From the NCBI GenBank assembly GCA_964632315.1, contig CAZWEM010000022.1, positions 1-63,108 of the forward strand: a stretch of DNA of 63,108 nt. The letters are read 5' to 3'. The position numbers and the translations under genes were made by a program. Every line of letters starts with the position of its first letter. Position 1 is the stretch's first letter. The notes beneath the pieces were generated by a model that ran no database searches, was not told where the DNA came from, and saw only the letters and a program-made list of their open reading frames with translations. Positions 10,130 through 20,733 of the stretch are shown here, in pieces. This stretch comes from an uncultured archaeon (GTDB taxonomy: Archaea > Asgardarchaeota > Lokiarchaeia > Sigyniarchaeales > SOKP01).

Positions 10130-11194
10130 TCAAGAAGCTTTTAAATATTTATTCAATTCTTTGGTTATTTTATTCACTTTTTTATCTTTAATCCAATATC
10201 TTATTTTGGAAGAATGTAAGAAATTCTGAATCTTATCATTTAATTCATTTAATTTTTGTCTTTCTTCTTTAGTTAATTGTGGTACCTCTTCCAGTTTCTC
10301 TTCTTTTATTTTCTTTATGTATTCTTCAACAGAAGGAATTTCAAATTGCTCCTTTCCCTCAATTAATGCTTTACGTAGTATTAGCTTTATTTGTTTTACC
10401 CATCCCTGAACCCATGGATAATTACCTTGTTTTTTTGGTTCAGTTATTTTAATATTTTTTCTATTAACCTTTATCAAATCGTCTGGGCAACTATTCTCAC
10501 AAGCACCGCAATAAAAGCACTGATCCTCATTACACGCAATTTTCCCATATTTTACAACATCTTCTGCTGTTTCTGGTATGAAGAAAGACTCAACTGGGCA
10601 AATATTAACGCATGCTTTGCATCCTTGAGGATCACACTTGTAAAGCATATTTTTTTTTATTATTATTTCTCCTTCAATAGGGCTGTTAATATGGAAACAA
10701 CTTGTGGGACACTCTTTCTCAATTTTAAAATAATCCTTAATATTGTTTCTTTCTCTCACTCTTAGGCATAATTGGCACACCTCATTCTTTTCATCCTCAA
10801 TGCACTTGTTCATATCAATTTCGTAAAATTTAGCTATAGAAGGATATTCACTTAAATCGATGTGTCCTTCTGGCTTTAAATTCTCATGAAATGCATCATT
10901 AGGGCAAACTATCGCGCATAACATGCAATAACAACATTTTTCATGATCAATTAAGATTTTAGGATTAGACTCATCTATTATGTTTTGAGCAATCTCTGGA
11001 ATGGGACCAAGCTCTATCGCATCAACTGGGCATACAAGTTGACATAAGCTGCAACCAACGCATTTCTTAATATCATATGTTAATTTTTTATTAACATCTT
11101 TATATTTCCAGTTTAAAACTATCTCGTTGTCCTTAATCTCTAAATCTTTTAAAATTTCTTCTTCCTCTTCTGTAGATTTGGATGCCTTAGAAAT
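10130..11194 (-). CDS. Polyferredoxin (FwdF-like, multiple 4Fe-4S); extends 90 codons upstream of the ORF-track call
   Basis: Upstream frame is open and encodes CVGCSLCQLVCP and CCYCMLCAIVCP; further CxxCxxCxxxCP motifs downstream; likely ATT start at 11194 behind GGGGT. Confidence 0.85.
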   Translation of the reverse strand: MSKASKSTEEEEEILKDLEIKDNEIVLNWKYKDVNKKLTYDIKKCVGCSLCQLVCPVDAIELGPIPEIAQNIIDESNPKILIDHEKCCYCMLCAIVCPNDAFHENLKPEGHIDLSEYPSIAKFYEIDMNKCIEDEKNEVCQLCLRVRERNNIKDYFKIEKECPTSCFHINSPIEGEIIIKKNMLYKCDPQGCKACVNICPVESFFIPETAEDVVKYGKIACNEDQCFYCGACENSCPDDLIKVNRKNIKITEPKKQGNYPWVQGWVKQIKLILRKALIEGKEQFEIPSVEEYIKKIKEEKLEEVPQLTKEERQKLNELNDKIQNFLHSSKIRYWIKDKKVNKITKELNKYLKAS

Positions 11195-11348
11195 TGTGAA
11201 TTACCCCAAACTTGAGTTTATACTAATTATAATATTGAATTATTTTAAAAAATCTTAACCATTATTAGACAAAACTATTAAAGTAAATTTGATTTAATCC
11301 TGTCATTTTCAATTCCATATTTTTCACTCTAAAAATGGAGTATTTAGT

Positions 11349-13406
11349 TTAAATCTTTTCAATATTAACAGGAATTTTTTTTAATGACGGCATCCGAGCT
11401 AATGGATCAAGTGGATAAGTACTGGTTAATTCATTAAAGTCAGTAAATTTAGAGAAGTGAATTGGGGCAAAAATGAATCCCTTAGGAACTCGCATTCCTT
11501 TTAGGATTTTGATGGGTGATGTAATACTCCCATAGGGGGAATTAATTCTAATTAGAGATTTCTCTTCTAAATTTAAAGCATTCGCATCTGACTCATTTAA
11601 GGCAACAAATCCATTTTTCACATTTTTAGAGGTGATCTTACTTCTCAAGGTCATTTCTCCAGTGTTAAATTGCTCATATAATCTATGGGTGACCATCATA
11701 TATGGAAAATCTTTAGTCGTTTTTGTGTAGGTTGAGGGTAGATCAATTGGAAAAAATCTTGCTCTCCCATCTTTAAAAGAAAATCGTTCAAGGTATAAAC
11801 GTCTCGAGCCTTTGTTCGTTTCGTTATAAATTGGCCAAAACAATCCTTGAGAATTTTTTAGATGAGAATAAGATGCCCCTCTAAATATAGGAGCAATTTC
11901 TCTAATTTCATTCCAAATTTCTTCTGTATTCTTGTAATGCCAATTTTGACCCATAGAATTTGCTAAATTTTGAATGATTTGCCAATCTGGTTTTGCATCT
12001 TGAGGAGGATTTACCGCCTTTTCCGTGAATTGGATTCTACGGTGTGCATTTGTCAAGGTTCCTCGTTTTTCACCCAATGCTGCCGCTGGAAATATAACAT
12101 GGGCGAACTTAGCTGTCTCTGTAAGGAATATATCCTGTACGATTAAAAGATCTAAATTTCGAAACATCCACTTAACAAAAGCTGACTGAGGTTCACTGAG
12201 AATAGGATTTTCTCCAATAATGTAGAGTGATTTTACTTTACCATCCAAGATTTTATGAATCATTTCAGTGGCACTTAATCCAGATTTCTTCGGTAAACTA
12301 GTATTCCAAAAGCCTTCAAAATGAGCTTGTACGCCATTATCTGATGTTTCATATCCCCCCGGTAAGGTGAAAGGAGAACACCCCATATCTGAGGCACCTT
12401 GCACGTTATTTTGACCCCTTAGAGGGACAACTCCAGTTCCTTTTTTGCCAACATTTCCAGTTAATAATGCTAAATTACCTACGGATAGAACCGCTTTAGT
12501 TCCATTTGCATGCTGGGTGAGACCCATTCCCCATATAAAGATTGTTCTTTTTTTACTGATTAAATGTGCTATTGATAATAATTGCTCATAAGAAATATTT
12601 GATATTTCTTTAACATATTTATCATTGTATAAATTAATCTTTCGTTTTAACCCTTCAAATCCTATTGTTCTTTCCTCAATAAATTTCTGATCATATAGAT
12701 TATTATCTATTATTATCTTAGATAACCCGTTAAGCCACACTAAATCCGTTCCTGGAGAAGGTTCTATTTTTATATCTGCGTTAGGAAATGTTTCGAAGAC
12801 GTCTGCGACTATCAGAGTTTTTTTAGTCTTTTTTAATTTATTCCAAACCCCTGGATGTGTAAATCTAGTGTTAGCTCCAATTAGAACAATAATTTCAGCT
12901 TCTGCAAAATCATTTAGACATGCTGAAACAGCTCCATAACCGAATTGCATCCTTAAACCAACTTCGCTCGGAGAATGACATAATCTAGCACATTGGTCAA
13001 CATTATGTGTTTTTAATACGGTTCGGGCAAACTTTTGTGCCAAATAGGCTTCTTCATTCAATATTTTGCCAGATGTTAAGACTCCAATAGATTCCGACCC
13101 GTATTTGTTTAAAATTTCTTCCAGTTTTTCAGAAGTCAGTTTTAAAATTTTTTCCCAACTAGCCTCCTTGAATTCATCATCCTCTTTATAAAGTGGCTTT
13201 TTTAACCGTTCGGAGTGATTTAACATATCTGGAACTATAAGGCCTTTAATACAAACGAATTTGTCGTTCAAATCAGGATTACGGCCTTTTACGACTACTT
13301 TAGTTGGTTTACCATTCTTTAATACCAATTCTGTATTACATCCAACCCCACATATTGGACAAACAATTGGTACATTTATTTCATCGGGGGATTTCGAATC
13401 ATTCAT
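11349..13406 (-). CDS. Formate dehydrogenase alpha subunit-like molybdo/tungstopterin oxidoreductase (Cys ligand)
   Basis: CPICGVGC..CIKG Fe-S motif, CARLCH (Cys at the Sec position plus His), LRGQNNVQG, QDIFLTETA. Confidence 0.85.
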   Translation of the reverse strand: MNDSKSPDEINVPIVCPICGVGCNTELVLKNGKPTKVVVKGRNPDLNDKFVCIKGLIVPDMLNHSERLKKPLYKEDDEFKEASWEKILKLTSEKLEEILNKYGSESIGVLTSGKILNEEAYLAQKFARTVLKTHNVDQCARLCHSPSEVGLRMQFGYGAVSACLNDFAEAEIIVLIGANTRFTHPGVWNKLKKTKKTLIVADVFETFPNADIKIEPSPGTDLVWLNGLSKIIIDNNLYDQKFIEERTIGFEGLKRKINLYNDKYVKEISNISYEQLLSIAHLISKKRTIFIWGMGLTQHANGTKAVLSVGNLALLTGNVGKKGTGVVPLRGQNNVQGASDMGCSPFTLPGGYETSDNGVQAHFEGFWNTSLPKKSGLSATEMIHKILDGKVKSLYIIGENPILSEPQSAFVKWMFRNLDLLIVQDIFLTETAKFAHVIFPAAALGEKRGTLTNAHRRIQFTEKAVNPPQDAKPDWQIIQNLANSMGQNWHYKNTEEIWNEIREIAPIFRGASYSHLKNSQGLFWPIYNETNKGSRRLYLERFSFKDGRARFFPIDLPSTYTKTTKDFPYMMVTHRLYEQFNTGEMTLRSKITSKNVKNGFVALNESDANALNLEEKSLIRINSPYGSITSPIKILKGMRVPKGFIFAPIHFSKFTDFNELTSTYPLDPLARMPSLKKIPVNIEKI

Positions 13407-13520
13407 GAATAATTAACTTCCAATTTCATTTTATATTTCTGTAAAAAAAATATAAATCTTTGATATCAAAATTATAAGTAATGACGAATGCTCAAAAAAT
13501 CTAGATAAAGTTCAAATTCT

Positions 13521-14456
13521 TTATTTTAAAAAGATCCAATTTAAAAGAATTTGGTTAAATTGATCTCTATTTTCTAAATTTGATAAATGACCAGCATTTG
13601 AGATTATTTCCAAATTCGCATATTCAGCTGCATTATAGACTCGTTTAGCAATTTCAACAGGAGTTATTGAATCATATTCTCCAACGATTATTAAAATAGG
13701 TATTTTTGCAGTTTTAATGATATTAAAATTATCTTTGCGTCCTGCCATTCCTAATAATGCGTGAATATAGGAGGTTGCTTTTTGTTTTCTCATTAATTGA
13801 AGGATTTTTTCAGCAATCTTCGGATTATTCAATCTTGTATTTTCAGAAGTTATGAGAAAGTATAGACTATTAATATAATCTTTAATCTTATGATCAACTT
13901 TTGTTAATCGTTCTATTCTAATTTCGGTTCTTTCATATTCAGGATATGACTGGAGTGATGAAATAATCAATTTTACTGTATTTTTTCTATTTTCTAGTTG
14001 ATCTTCATTATCAGCAAATGGTTTTGTATCCATTAATATTAAGCCTTCAATGTCATTTGGATATGCAGAAAAATATTCCAATGAGATATATCCTCCCATA
14101 GAGCAGCCACCTAAATAAAATCTCTCGATTTGACATCTATCTACCAATTCTTTGATAGCTTCTACATAAGGTATAAGATTTTTTGGTTTGGATTTAAGTA
14201 TATCACTCTTTCCAAATCCTGGTAAATCAGGGATGAAAATCCTCAACCTTTTATTATTCATAGCGGTTTTATTATATTTATCAATGAACTTTTTCTCATT
14301 AAAATTTGAAATAAACATTTCTGAATCAAAAGGAAAAGCATGAATAAGTATGATATTATAATAATCTTCAGCTTGTTTATTGGACTTTGAAAAAAATTCG
14401 AAATATGAAACCGAAATCAAGAATCCAGCTTTAGTTTTAATTTCTAATTTCTTCAT
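13521..14456 (-). CDS. Alpha/beta hydrolase
   Basis: HAFP, PDLPGFG, GCSMGG nucleophile elbow, GEYD, AGH. Confidence 0.9.
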   Translation of the reverse strand: MKKLEIKTKAGFLISVSYFEFFSKSNKQAEDYYNIILIHAFPFDSEMFISNFNEKKFIDKYNKTAMNNKRLRIFIPDLPGFGKSDILKSKPKNLIPYVEAIKELVDRCQIERFYLGGCSMGGYISLEYFSAYPNDIEGLILMDTKPFADNEDQLENRKNTVKLIISSLQSYPEYERTEIRIERLTKVDHKIKDYINSLYFLITSENTRLNNPKIAEKILQLMRKQKATSYIHALLGMAGRKDNFNIIKTAKIPILIIVGEYDSITPVEIAKRVYNAAEYANLEIISNAGHLSNLENRDQFNQILLNWIFLK

Positions 14457-14626
14457 AATTTTAGCGTATTTGTTATTTCTATTGTATATGAAATCGACTA
14501 TTTATTCAAATGGGTTATAGGATCTAAAATTTTGAAGAAATCGTAAAATTAAATTGAGTTTTATTCAGTATTAATCTCTAAAATTAGTGTTACATTTAGC
14601 AACAAATTTTACTAGTTATTCTCAAT

Positions 14627-15127
14627 TTATGAATAATATTCATAACTTTCCCTATCAAAATCGGGAAGATATTCAATTTTTATACCATCAGGTTTTTGTT
14701 CGGGTGGTAGATATTTTAATTCCATTGTTGGTATATATGAACCAATGCCATTTTTGGCTAAAATAACTGCTGGATGATCGGAGTCTTGGAAGATCTCTTC
14801 TGTTAGTTTTAAGGTTAAAATTCGACATCTACGCTCATCAATTATTCCTAATGAATGAATATATTCATGTAAGAGTATATGATAAGTATAAGCCCATATA
14901 ATTTCATAAGGTTGAGTTTCAATAATAAGTTTTAGAGGACTTACATTCATAATAATATCAGTACCCGGATGAAAATGCAATCCACCTACAAAACCACCTT
15001 GACTCATACCTAAATCCACCAAACCTAGACTTAATCCCGCACGACGTCGATGATAAACCCTTTTTACATCTTTTCTGACTTTTTCAAAAATTGAAGGGAT
15101 TTGAGATTTTAATTTATATAAATCCAT
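14627..15127 (-). CDS. Small HEXXH zinc-metallopeptidase-like protein
   Basis: LLHEYIHSLG motif; AGGTGA RBS; 31 bp downstream of the regulator. Confidence 0.7.
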   Translation of the reverse strand: MDLYKLKSQIPSIFEKVRKDVKRVYHRRRAGLSLGLVDLGMSQGGFVGGLHFHPGTDIIMNVSPLKLIIETQPYEIIWAYTYHILLHEYIHSLGIIDERRCRILTLKLTEEIFQDSDHPAVILAKNGIGSYIPTMELKYLPPEQKPDGIKIEYLPDFDRESYEYYS

Positions 15128-15158
15128 TTCATCACCTATCTTTAACTAAATTATAAAA

Positions 15159-15980
15159 TCAAAAATCAAAAAACCAGTTATCATCATCTTCATAAAGAAA
15201 TCCCATTAAACGTGACATATCTTCCAATAATGACCGAACTGAACCAAATCTTTGATTTCTTTGATGATAATCCATATCTAAGAAAATATCATCCATTAAT
15301 CTATTAATATTAATCTTATTGGAATATTTTTGAGGGTTAAAAAACATTGTAAAAAGGATTTCTTCGGATAAATTATAGATTTCTCGTAAACTCTTCGCTT
15401 TAATGTCTTTATCTTTTTCTTTCATCAACTTTTCAAGTTTTTCCTTATATTGACTATTCATTAATTTTTTAATCTCAAAAAGTAGACATTGCTTACGATT
15501 CAATTGTTCTCTTCTCTCGTCATCTAAATGAGATATGCTTTTTTCAATTTGAACGATCTGATCACCTAAAAATTTAATTTTTTCATCAGCAGACTGAATT
15601 TTTGAATATTGGGGAGCAAAATTCAAATCTTCGAATTGAAGATTACCCATCTCGGTTAAAATTTTTCTTGTATTATACTTAATATTATAATAGTTAGGCG
15701 TAATATCTATCCTTACAGAAATATTGCTATTTATCCTAAACTTTCCACCCCTATAGTCATCAGATTCAATATTTTCTATTATCCCTGCATCTGATAATAA
15801 CTTCAACTGACTATGAATGGCTTGTCTTGATATTCCAATATCATTAGCTAATTCTGGTGGTGAATGAGGGACTTTTGCCAACTTTGACAATATAGCCCTT
15901 CTTGTTGGGTTTCCCAACAACTCTAATAAATTATCCAATCCTATTAATTGTTTTTCTAAATTTTCTTCCTCAATTTCCAT
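15159..15980 (-). CDS. ArsR-type wHTH regulator with coiled coil (HSR1/Phr-like heat-shock regulator)
   Basis: LGNPTRRAIL...ISRQAIHSQLKLL HTH; coiled-coil C-terminus; in operon with hsp20 and cdc48. Confidence 0.8.
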   Translation of the reverse strand: MEIEEENLEKQLIGLDNLLELLGNPTRRAILSKLAKVPHSPPELANDIGISRQAIHSQLKLLSDAGIIENIESDDYRGGKFRINSNISVRIDITPNYYNIKYNTRKILTEMGNLQFEDLNFAPQYSKIQSADEKIKFLGDQIVQIEKSISHLDDERREQLNRKQCLLFEIKKLMNSQYKEKLEKLMKEKDKDIKAKSLREIYNLSEEILFTMFFNPQKYSNKININRLMDDIFLDMDYHQRNQRFGSVRSLLEDMSRLMGFLYEDDDNWFFDF

Positions 15981-16000
15981 TAATTACTACACCCCATTTT

Positions 16001-18364
16001 TTATCTATACATTTCTTCTACACCTTTAGACATGGTATCAAGAACTTTTTTCGCCCTGTCTGCTCCTTTTAATATTTTATCAATTGCTTGGTCTAAATCC
16101 TTTCTCTTAATCTTAACATTCCTTAACATCTCGTCATTTAAATCTTCTACTCTCTGATCTAGAGTTTCTATTTTACTGTTAAGTAACGAGATTTTATCAT
16201 CTTGCTTTAATCTTCTTGCTTCGTTATACTCCTTTCTCAAGTTTTCTATTTGAGAATTTAATTTTGAAATCTCGATCTTTTTTATGTTGACGTCTTCAAT
16301 TGCATTTCTAATAGTTAGTAAGGTAGCTTCTTCGCTTATTGCTTGAATATCGGCTCCTGTATAGCCGTCTAAAAGTTCCGCCATTTGGTTTAGGTTAACA
16401 TCTTTATCCAATGGTTTATTCTTAAGATGAATCTTAAATATTTCTTTTCTAGATTCTAAATCTGGCATCAGAATCTCGATGTGTCGTCCAAATCTACCAG
16501 AACGTAATAATGCTGGATCTAACATATCTACTCTATTTGTTGCTGCCAATAATACAACATCTTTAAGATCTTCAAGGCCATCCATTTCAGTTAGTAATTG
16601 CGATACCACTTGTTCAGTAACTTCTGAACCTGCAAATCTTCCCCTGACACCTGCGATTGCATCTATCTCATCAAAAAAGATTATGCAAGGAGCTGCTGAG
16701 CGTGCTTTCCTAAATGTTTCTCTTACTGCTTTTTCACTTTCTCCAACCCATTTTGAGAGAAATTCGGGTCCTTTAACGGAAATGAAATTAATTTCACTTT
16801 CATGAGCCAATGCTTTTGCTAATAATGTTTTACCTGTACCAGGTGGACCATATAATAAAATTCCACTTGGAGGTTTTGAATATAAATGAGCATATAATTC
16901 TGGATATTTTAAAGGCCATTCGATAACTTCGCGTAATTGTTGTTTTGCATCTTCTAACCCACCAACATCATCCCATGTTTCTTTTGGTTGTTGGATCAAA
17001 ACTTCTCTCAGAGCTGACGGTTCTATGCTTGTTAAAGCATCAAGAAAATCATCATTTGTTATTTCTAAATCATTCAAAATTTCCATAGGAATTGGTTTAT
17101 CTAAGTTGATTTTCGGCAAAATCTTCCTTATAGCTAACATCGCGGCTTCTTTTGCCAAAGCTTCAACATCAGCTCCAACAAATCCATGTGTTCTTTCAGC
17201 AATTGCCCTTAAATCCACGTTATCCTTTATAGGAATACCACGAGTATGAATTAATAAGATTTCATACCTACCATCAGTATCTGGAACGCCGATTTCAATT
17301 TCTCGATCAAATCTTCCTGGTCTTCTAAGAGCAGGATCAATATCATTAACTCGATTAGTAGCACCTATTACAATGATTTCACCTCTTCCTTCTAAACCAT
17401 CCATCAGTGAAAGTAATTGTGCTACAACTCGGCGTTCCACTTCTCCGGTGACTTCTCCTCTTTTGGGAGCAATTGAATCTAATTCATCAATGAATATAAT
17501 TGAGGGCGCTTTTTCTTTTGCCTCATCAAAGATTTTCCTTAGATTTTGTTCACTTTGCCCATAAAACTTACTCATAATTTCTGGACCACTAATTGTTATA
17601 AAGTGAGCATCAGTTTCATAAGCTACGGCACGAGCCAATAAAGTCTTTCCTGTTCCAGGAGGACCATGAAGTAAAACTCCTTTTGGTGGATCTATCCCAA
17701 TTCTCTTAAACAATTCTGGATGTCGTATGGGTAATTCGATCATCTCCCTGATTTTTTGAATCTCTTCTTCTAAACCACCAATATCCTCGTAGGATACTCT
17801 TTGTTTTTCTAATTGAATTAATTCTTGCTGAGTTTTATCACTAATTTGAATTTCAGTATCTAAATGAATCCTCACAGCATCAGCTTTAGGTGAATAATCT
17901 ATTACTATTAAATCAATCCTCTTATTTGTAGGAGGAGCATAAAAACTTAAAATATCTTCCTTGGTAACCACTCTATTTTCTAAAAGCCTTGCCAAATCTT
18001 GTGATTTTTTCGGTATAATTGTTTCTTTAAGACCAGCGAAAGTGATTTGCCTTGCTAATGCAGCATCGATCTTTCGGATTTCGATTACATCATCTAATGA
18101 AGCATTAATGTTTCGTCGTAGAGATGGACCTATACGAATGGTTTCACTTCCTCTATCCTCATTTTTACCCGGATAGAGTAAAGCAGCAGTTCTTTTCTGA
18201 TTAATCGGATGAGAGATTTCTATTACGTCCCCTGTTTTAAATTGTAATGCTTCTACAATGTCAGGATCTATTCTAACAATCCCTCTTCCAACGTCCTCTT
18301 TAAATGCATCCTTTACCTTTAATTTATTCTTATCATCTCTAAAATCTTCTCTCATTTCACTCAT
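16001..18364 (-). CDS. cdc48: Cdc48/VAT/p97 AAA+ ATPase
   Basis: N domain, two AAA modules (GPPGTGKT twice, [16 protein letters not shown]), C-terminal MYR. Confidence 0.97.
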   Translation of the reverse strand: MSEMREDFRDDKNKLKVKDAFKEDVGRGIVRIDPDIVEALQFKTGDVIEISHPINQKRTAALLYPGKNEDRGSETIRIGPSLRRNINASLDDVIEIRKIDAALARQITFAGLKETIIPKKSQDLARLLENRVVTKEDILSFYAPPTNKRIDLIVIDYSPKADAVRIHLDTEIQISDKTQQELIQLEKQRVSYEDIGGLEEEIQKIREMIELPIRHPELFKRIGIDPPKGVLLHGPPGTGKTLLARAVAYETDAHFITISGPEIMSKFYGQSEQNLRKIFDEAKEKAPSIIFIDELDSIAPKRGEVTGEVERRVVAQLLSLMDGLEGRGEIIVIGATNRVNDIDPALRRPGRFDREIEIGVPDTDGRYEILLIHTRGIPIKDNVDLRAIAERTHGFVGADVEALAKEAAMLAIRKILPKINLDKPIPMEILNDLEITNDDFLDALTSIEPSALREVLIQQPKETWDDVGGLEDAKQQLREVIEWPLKYPELYAHLYSKPPSGILLYGPPGTGKTLLAKALAHESEINFISVKGPEFLSKWVGESEKAVRETFRKARSAAPCIIFFDEIDAIAGVRGRFAGSEVTEQVVSQLLTEMDGLEDLKDVVLLAATNRVDMLDPALLRSGRFGRHIEILMPDLESRKEIFKIHLKNKPLDKDVNLNQMAELLDGYTGADIQAISEEATLLTIRNAIEDVNIKKIEISKLNSQIENLRKEYNEARRLKQDDKISLLNSKIETLDQRVEDLNDEMLRNVKIKRKDLDQAIDKILKGADRAKKVLDTMSKGVEEMYR

Positions 18365-18377
18365 ATTATCGAATCCC

Positions 18378-19007
18378 TCAATTTATTTTTATTTTCCTAA
18401 ATATTATTGTAGCAATACCATTATTAACTTCTAAATTATGATCATCTAAGGATGATTTAAAGGGTAATCTAACTTTTTTTTCAAAAGAACGTATTGAATT
18501 TTCAGCAAAAATTTTAGCCTCTTTACCATCTGGACTTAAAGTTAATATAACATGGCCTTTTTCGATTCCAGGAACCTCTAGTAAAATTTCAACATGATCT
18601 TCATATTCGTTTATCTCTGTGCGAGGTTCAATTGGGCATTCTCGATCATCATTGCAAGGTTCTAATGATAGTGAACCAAAATCTATTTCTTTATTTCTCG
18701 AAACTCTTTTAATTCTTCTTTTAATATTCGGAATATTTCTAATGTTCATTCTTTTTAAGTAATCTTTTATCTTATCCTCATCAACATCTCCTTCTATTCG
18801 AATTTCTGGTTCATCCATTCCCTTTTCAAAATGATAGGAGACCTTAAATCCTTTTACATCTGTTTTTCTAGGATCAAAATCTGGATCTCTTATTGATTCG
18901 GGCATAAATAAGAAGTCAATATCGAATATATCTGAGTCTATCTTGAAAAATTTCTTAAATTTCTCAATAAAGTCTTTGTACTCATCATCATCATAATTAT
19001 CTTTCAT
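18378..19007 (-). CDS. hsp20: Small heat-shock protein (Hsp20)
   Basis: EVPGIEK...NNGIATI alpha-crystallin domain; ATG at 19007 behind GGGGG. Confidence 0.8.
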   Translation of the reverse strand: MKDNYDDDEYKDFIEKFKKFFKIDSDIFDIDFLFMPESIRDPDFDPRKTDVKGFKVSYHFEKGMDEPEIRIEGDVDEDKIKDYLKRMNIRNIPNIKRRIKRVSRNKEIDFGSLSLEPCNDDRECPIEPRTEINEYEDHVEILLEVPGIEKGHVILTLSPDGKEAKIFAENSIRSFEKKVRLPFKSSLDDHNLEVNNGIATIIFRKIKIN

Positions 19008-19029
19008 TTTAATCCCCCTAGGTTTTTTT

Positions 19030-19076
19030 TGTAAATTTTTTCTTGACAATTAATGAATGATAAAACAACTATAAAT
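19030..19076 (-). promoter_or_regulatory. Heat-shock operon promoter: TATA box plus palindromic operator
   Basis: Minus-strand TTTATAGT at about 19076-19069; imperfect palindrome TGTAAA-N7-TTGACA at 19030-19048 over the expected TSS. Confidence 0.55.
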
Positions 19077-19184
19077 ATCTTTTGGTTATGTGAAATAATT
19101 GTTTACTACCAATTCTTTAGCCTTTTGTTAAAAAATATGACTGAATTTTAATATAAAATCACTTACTTAAAGTACTTAAGTATT

Positions 19185-19976
19185 ATGATATTAAATGTAG
19201 GATATGTTCAAACAAACCCACTTTTTGGTATAAAAGAGTTTAATTTTGATCAAGTTAGAATCTTACTAAAAGATATAAAAGCAGATCTCATTGTGTTACC
19301 AGAACTTTTTGCTACAGGATATGCATTTAAGTCAAAAGAAGAAGTTGCTAAATTAGCCGAAAGTGTAAATGATACAACTAGTAAATTTTTAAAAGAGTTA
19401 TCAAATGATACAGAAGCGGTAATTATTGCTGGTTTTGCTGAGAGAGATCATGATAAATTTTATAACTCGTCTTTGGTCGTATATGATGGTCATGTGATTG
19501 GTACTTATCGAAAAGTACATCTTTATTTCAAAGAAAAGAAGTGGTTTACATCTGGCGATAAAGTGCCTGGAGTATTTGAAATTAATAACATAAAGATCGG
19601 AGTTATGATATGTTTTGATTGGTTTTTTCCCGAGACGATTCGCACGATCGCTCTTCAAGGGGCGAATATAGTTGCTCATCCTTCCAATTTAGTCATGCCA
19701 TATTGTCAGAGAGCCATGCAAACCTCATCATTAGTAAATCGAGTTTATACAATAACATCTAATAGGATAGGAAGAGAAGCTAGAGGAGACGATAACTTTA
19801 TTTTTACTGGAGGGAGTCAAGTCACCTCATACAATGGTGATGTACTCTCGTCAGCTCCAAGTGATGAAATAGGAGTAGATATCATAGAGATTGACATTTC
19901 AAAAACTCAAGATAAGCATCTAAATCCATACAATGACATCTTTAAAGATAGAAGGCCAAATCTCTATAAATTATGA
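19185..19976 (+). CDS. Carbon-nitrogen hydrolase (nitrilase superfamily)
   Basis: LPELF, YRKVHL, ICFDW catalytic E-K-C triad. Confidence 0.92.
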   Translation: MILNVGYVQTNPLFGIKEFNFDQVRILLKDIKADLIVLPELFATGYAFKSKEEVAKLAESVNDTTSKFLKELSNDTEAVIIAGFAERDHDKFYNSSLVVYDGHVIGTYRKVHLYFKEKKWFTSGDKVPGVFEINNIKIGVMICFDWFFPETIRTIALQGANIVAHPSNLVMPYCQRAMQTSSLVNRVYTITSNRIGREARGDDNFIFTGGSQVTSYNGDVLSSAPSDEIGVDIIEIDISKTQDKHLNPYNDIFKDRRPNLYKL

Positions 19977-20722
19977 GAATCTAATAACTTTTCAATTATT
20001 TTGGGAAGATTTTTCATTTTTAATACATAATTGGGGTATTGAGGCTCAAATCTTCCATCAATGCAAGCTTGGATGACATTGGCTCCTACTTTATGAGCGG
20101 ATTCAAGAAATCTTGGATTATCGTCAATTATTATAGCATGTTGGGAATCCAAGTTAAGTTCCTTTAAAATATTTTCATAAAACTCTGCTCCATATTTCCA
20201 AGTATTGATTAAATCTGGCCCATAGAATTCCTTGAAGAGGTGCTTAATTCCCATTCCATCCAAATACATCTTTAATTCTTTAGAGACTTCTCCTGATGCA
20301 GTATAAAGTGAATAACCTCTTTTATATAAGATTTTAATACTTTTTATAATCCCTGGAATTGCTGATCGAACTTTAGGGATAACATAGCCAACGACATCAT
20401 CAAATAATTGTTCAATATCTAAATTAGAAGGAACATTTCTTCCTGCTAATTCAAACATCGCGTTCACCCAATTAATCTTATAATTTGCATAAAAATTTAG
20501 ATAATCATGATATACTTCTTTCCAATCCTTCCAAAAGATATCTATGTATCGAGAGATGACTTGATAATTAATTTCACCCCAGATTTTGGGGTCTCCTCCA
20601 AATCTAGAAGAAAAAAATTCACCACAATATTTTTGCCACTGTTTTCCTCTAATTTCGTTGTCATTTAAGACGCCTCCATCGTCAAAGAAGATGAAAATAT
20701 CTGAATTATTTTGAATTTGCAT
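19964..20722 (-). CDS. HAD-superfamily hydrolase
   Basis: FDDGGVL motif I, ASG, K, IIDD motif IV. Confidence 0.8.
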   Translation of the reverse strand: MQIQNNSDIFIFFDDGGVLNDNEIRGKQWQKYCGEFFSSRFGGDPKIWGEINYQVISRYIDIFWKDWKEVYHDYLNFYANYKINWVNAMFELAGRNVPSNLDIEQLFDDVVGYVIPKVRSAIPGIIKSIKILYKRGYSLYTASGEVSKELKMYLDGMGIKHLFKEFYGPDLINTWKYGAEFYENILKELNLDSQHAIIIDDNPRFLESAHKVGANVIQACIDGRFEPQYPNYVLKMKNLPKIIEKLLDSHNL

Positions 20723-20733
20723 ACTTAAAAATT

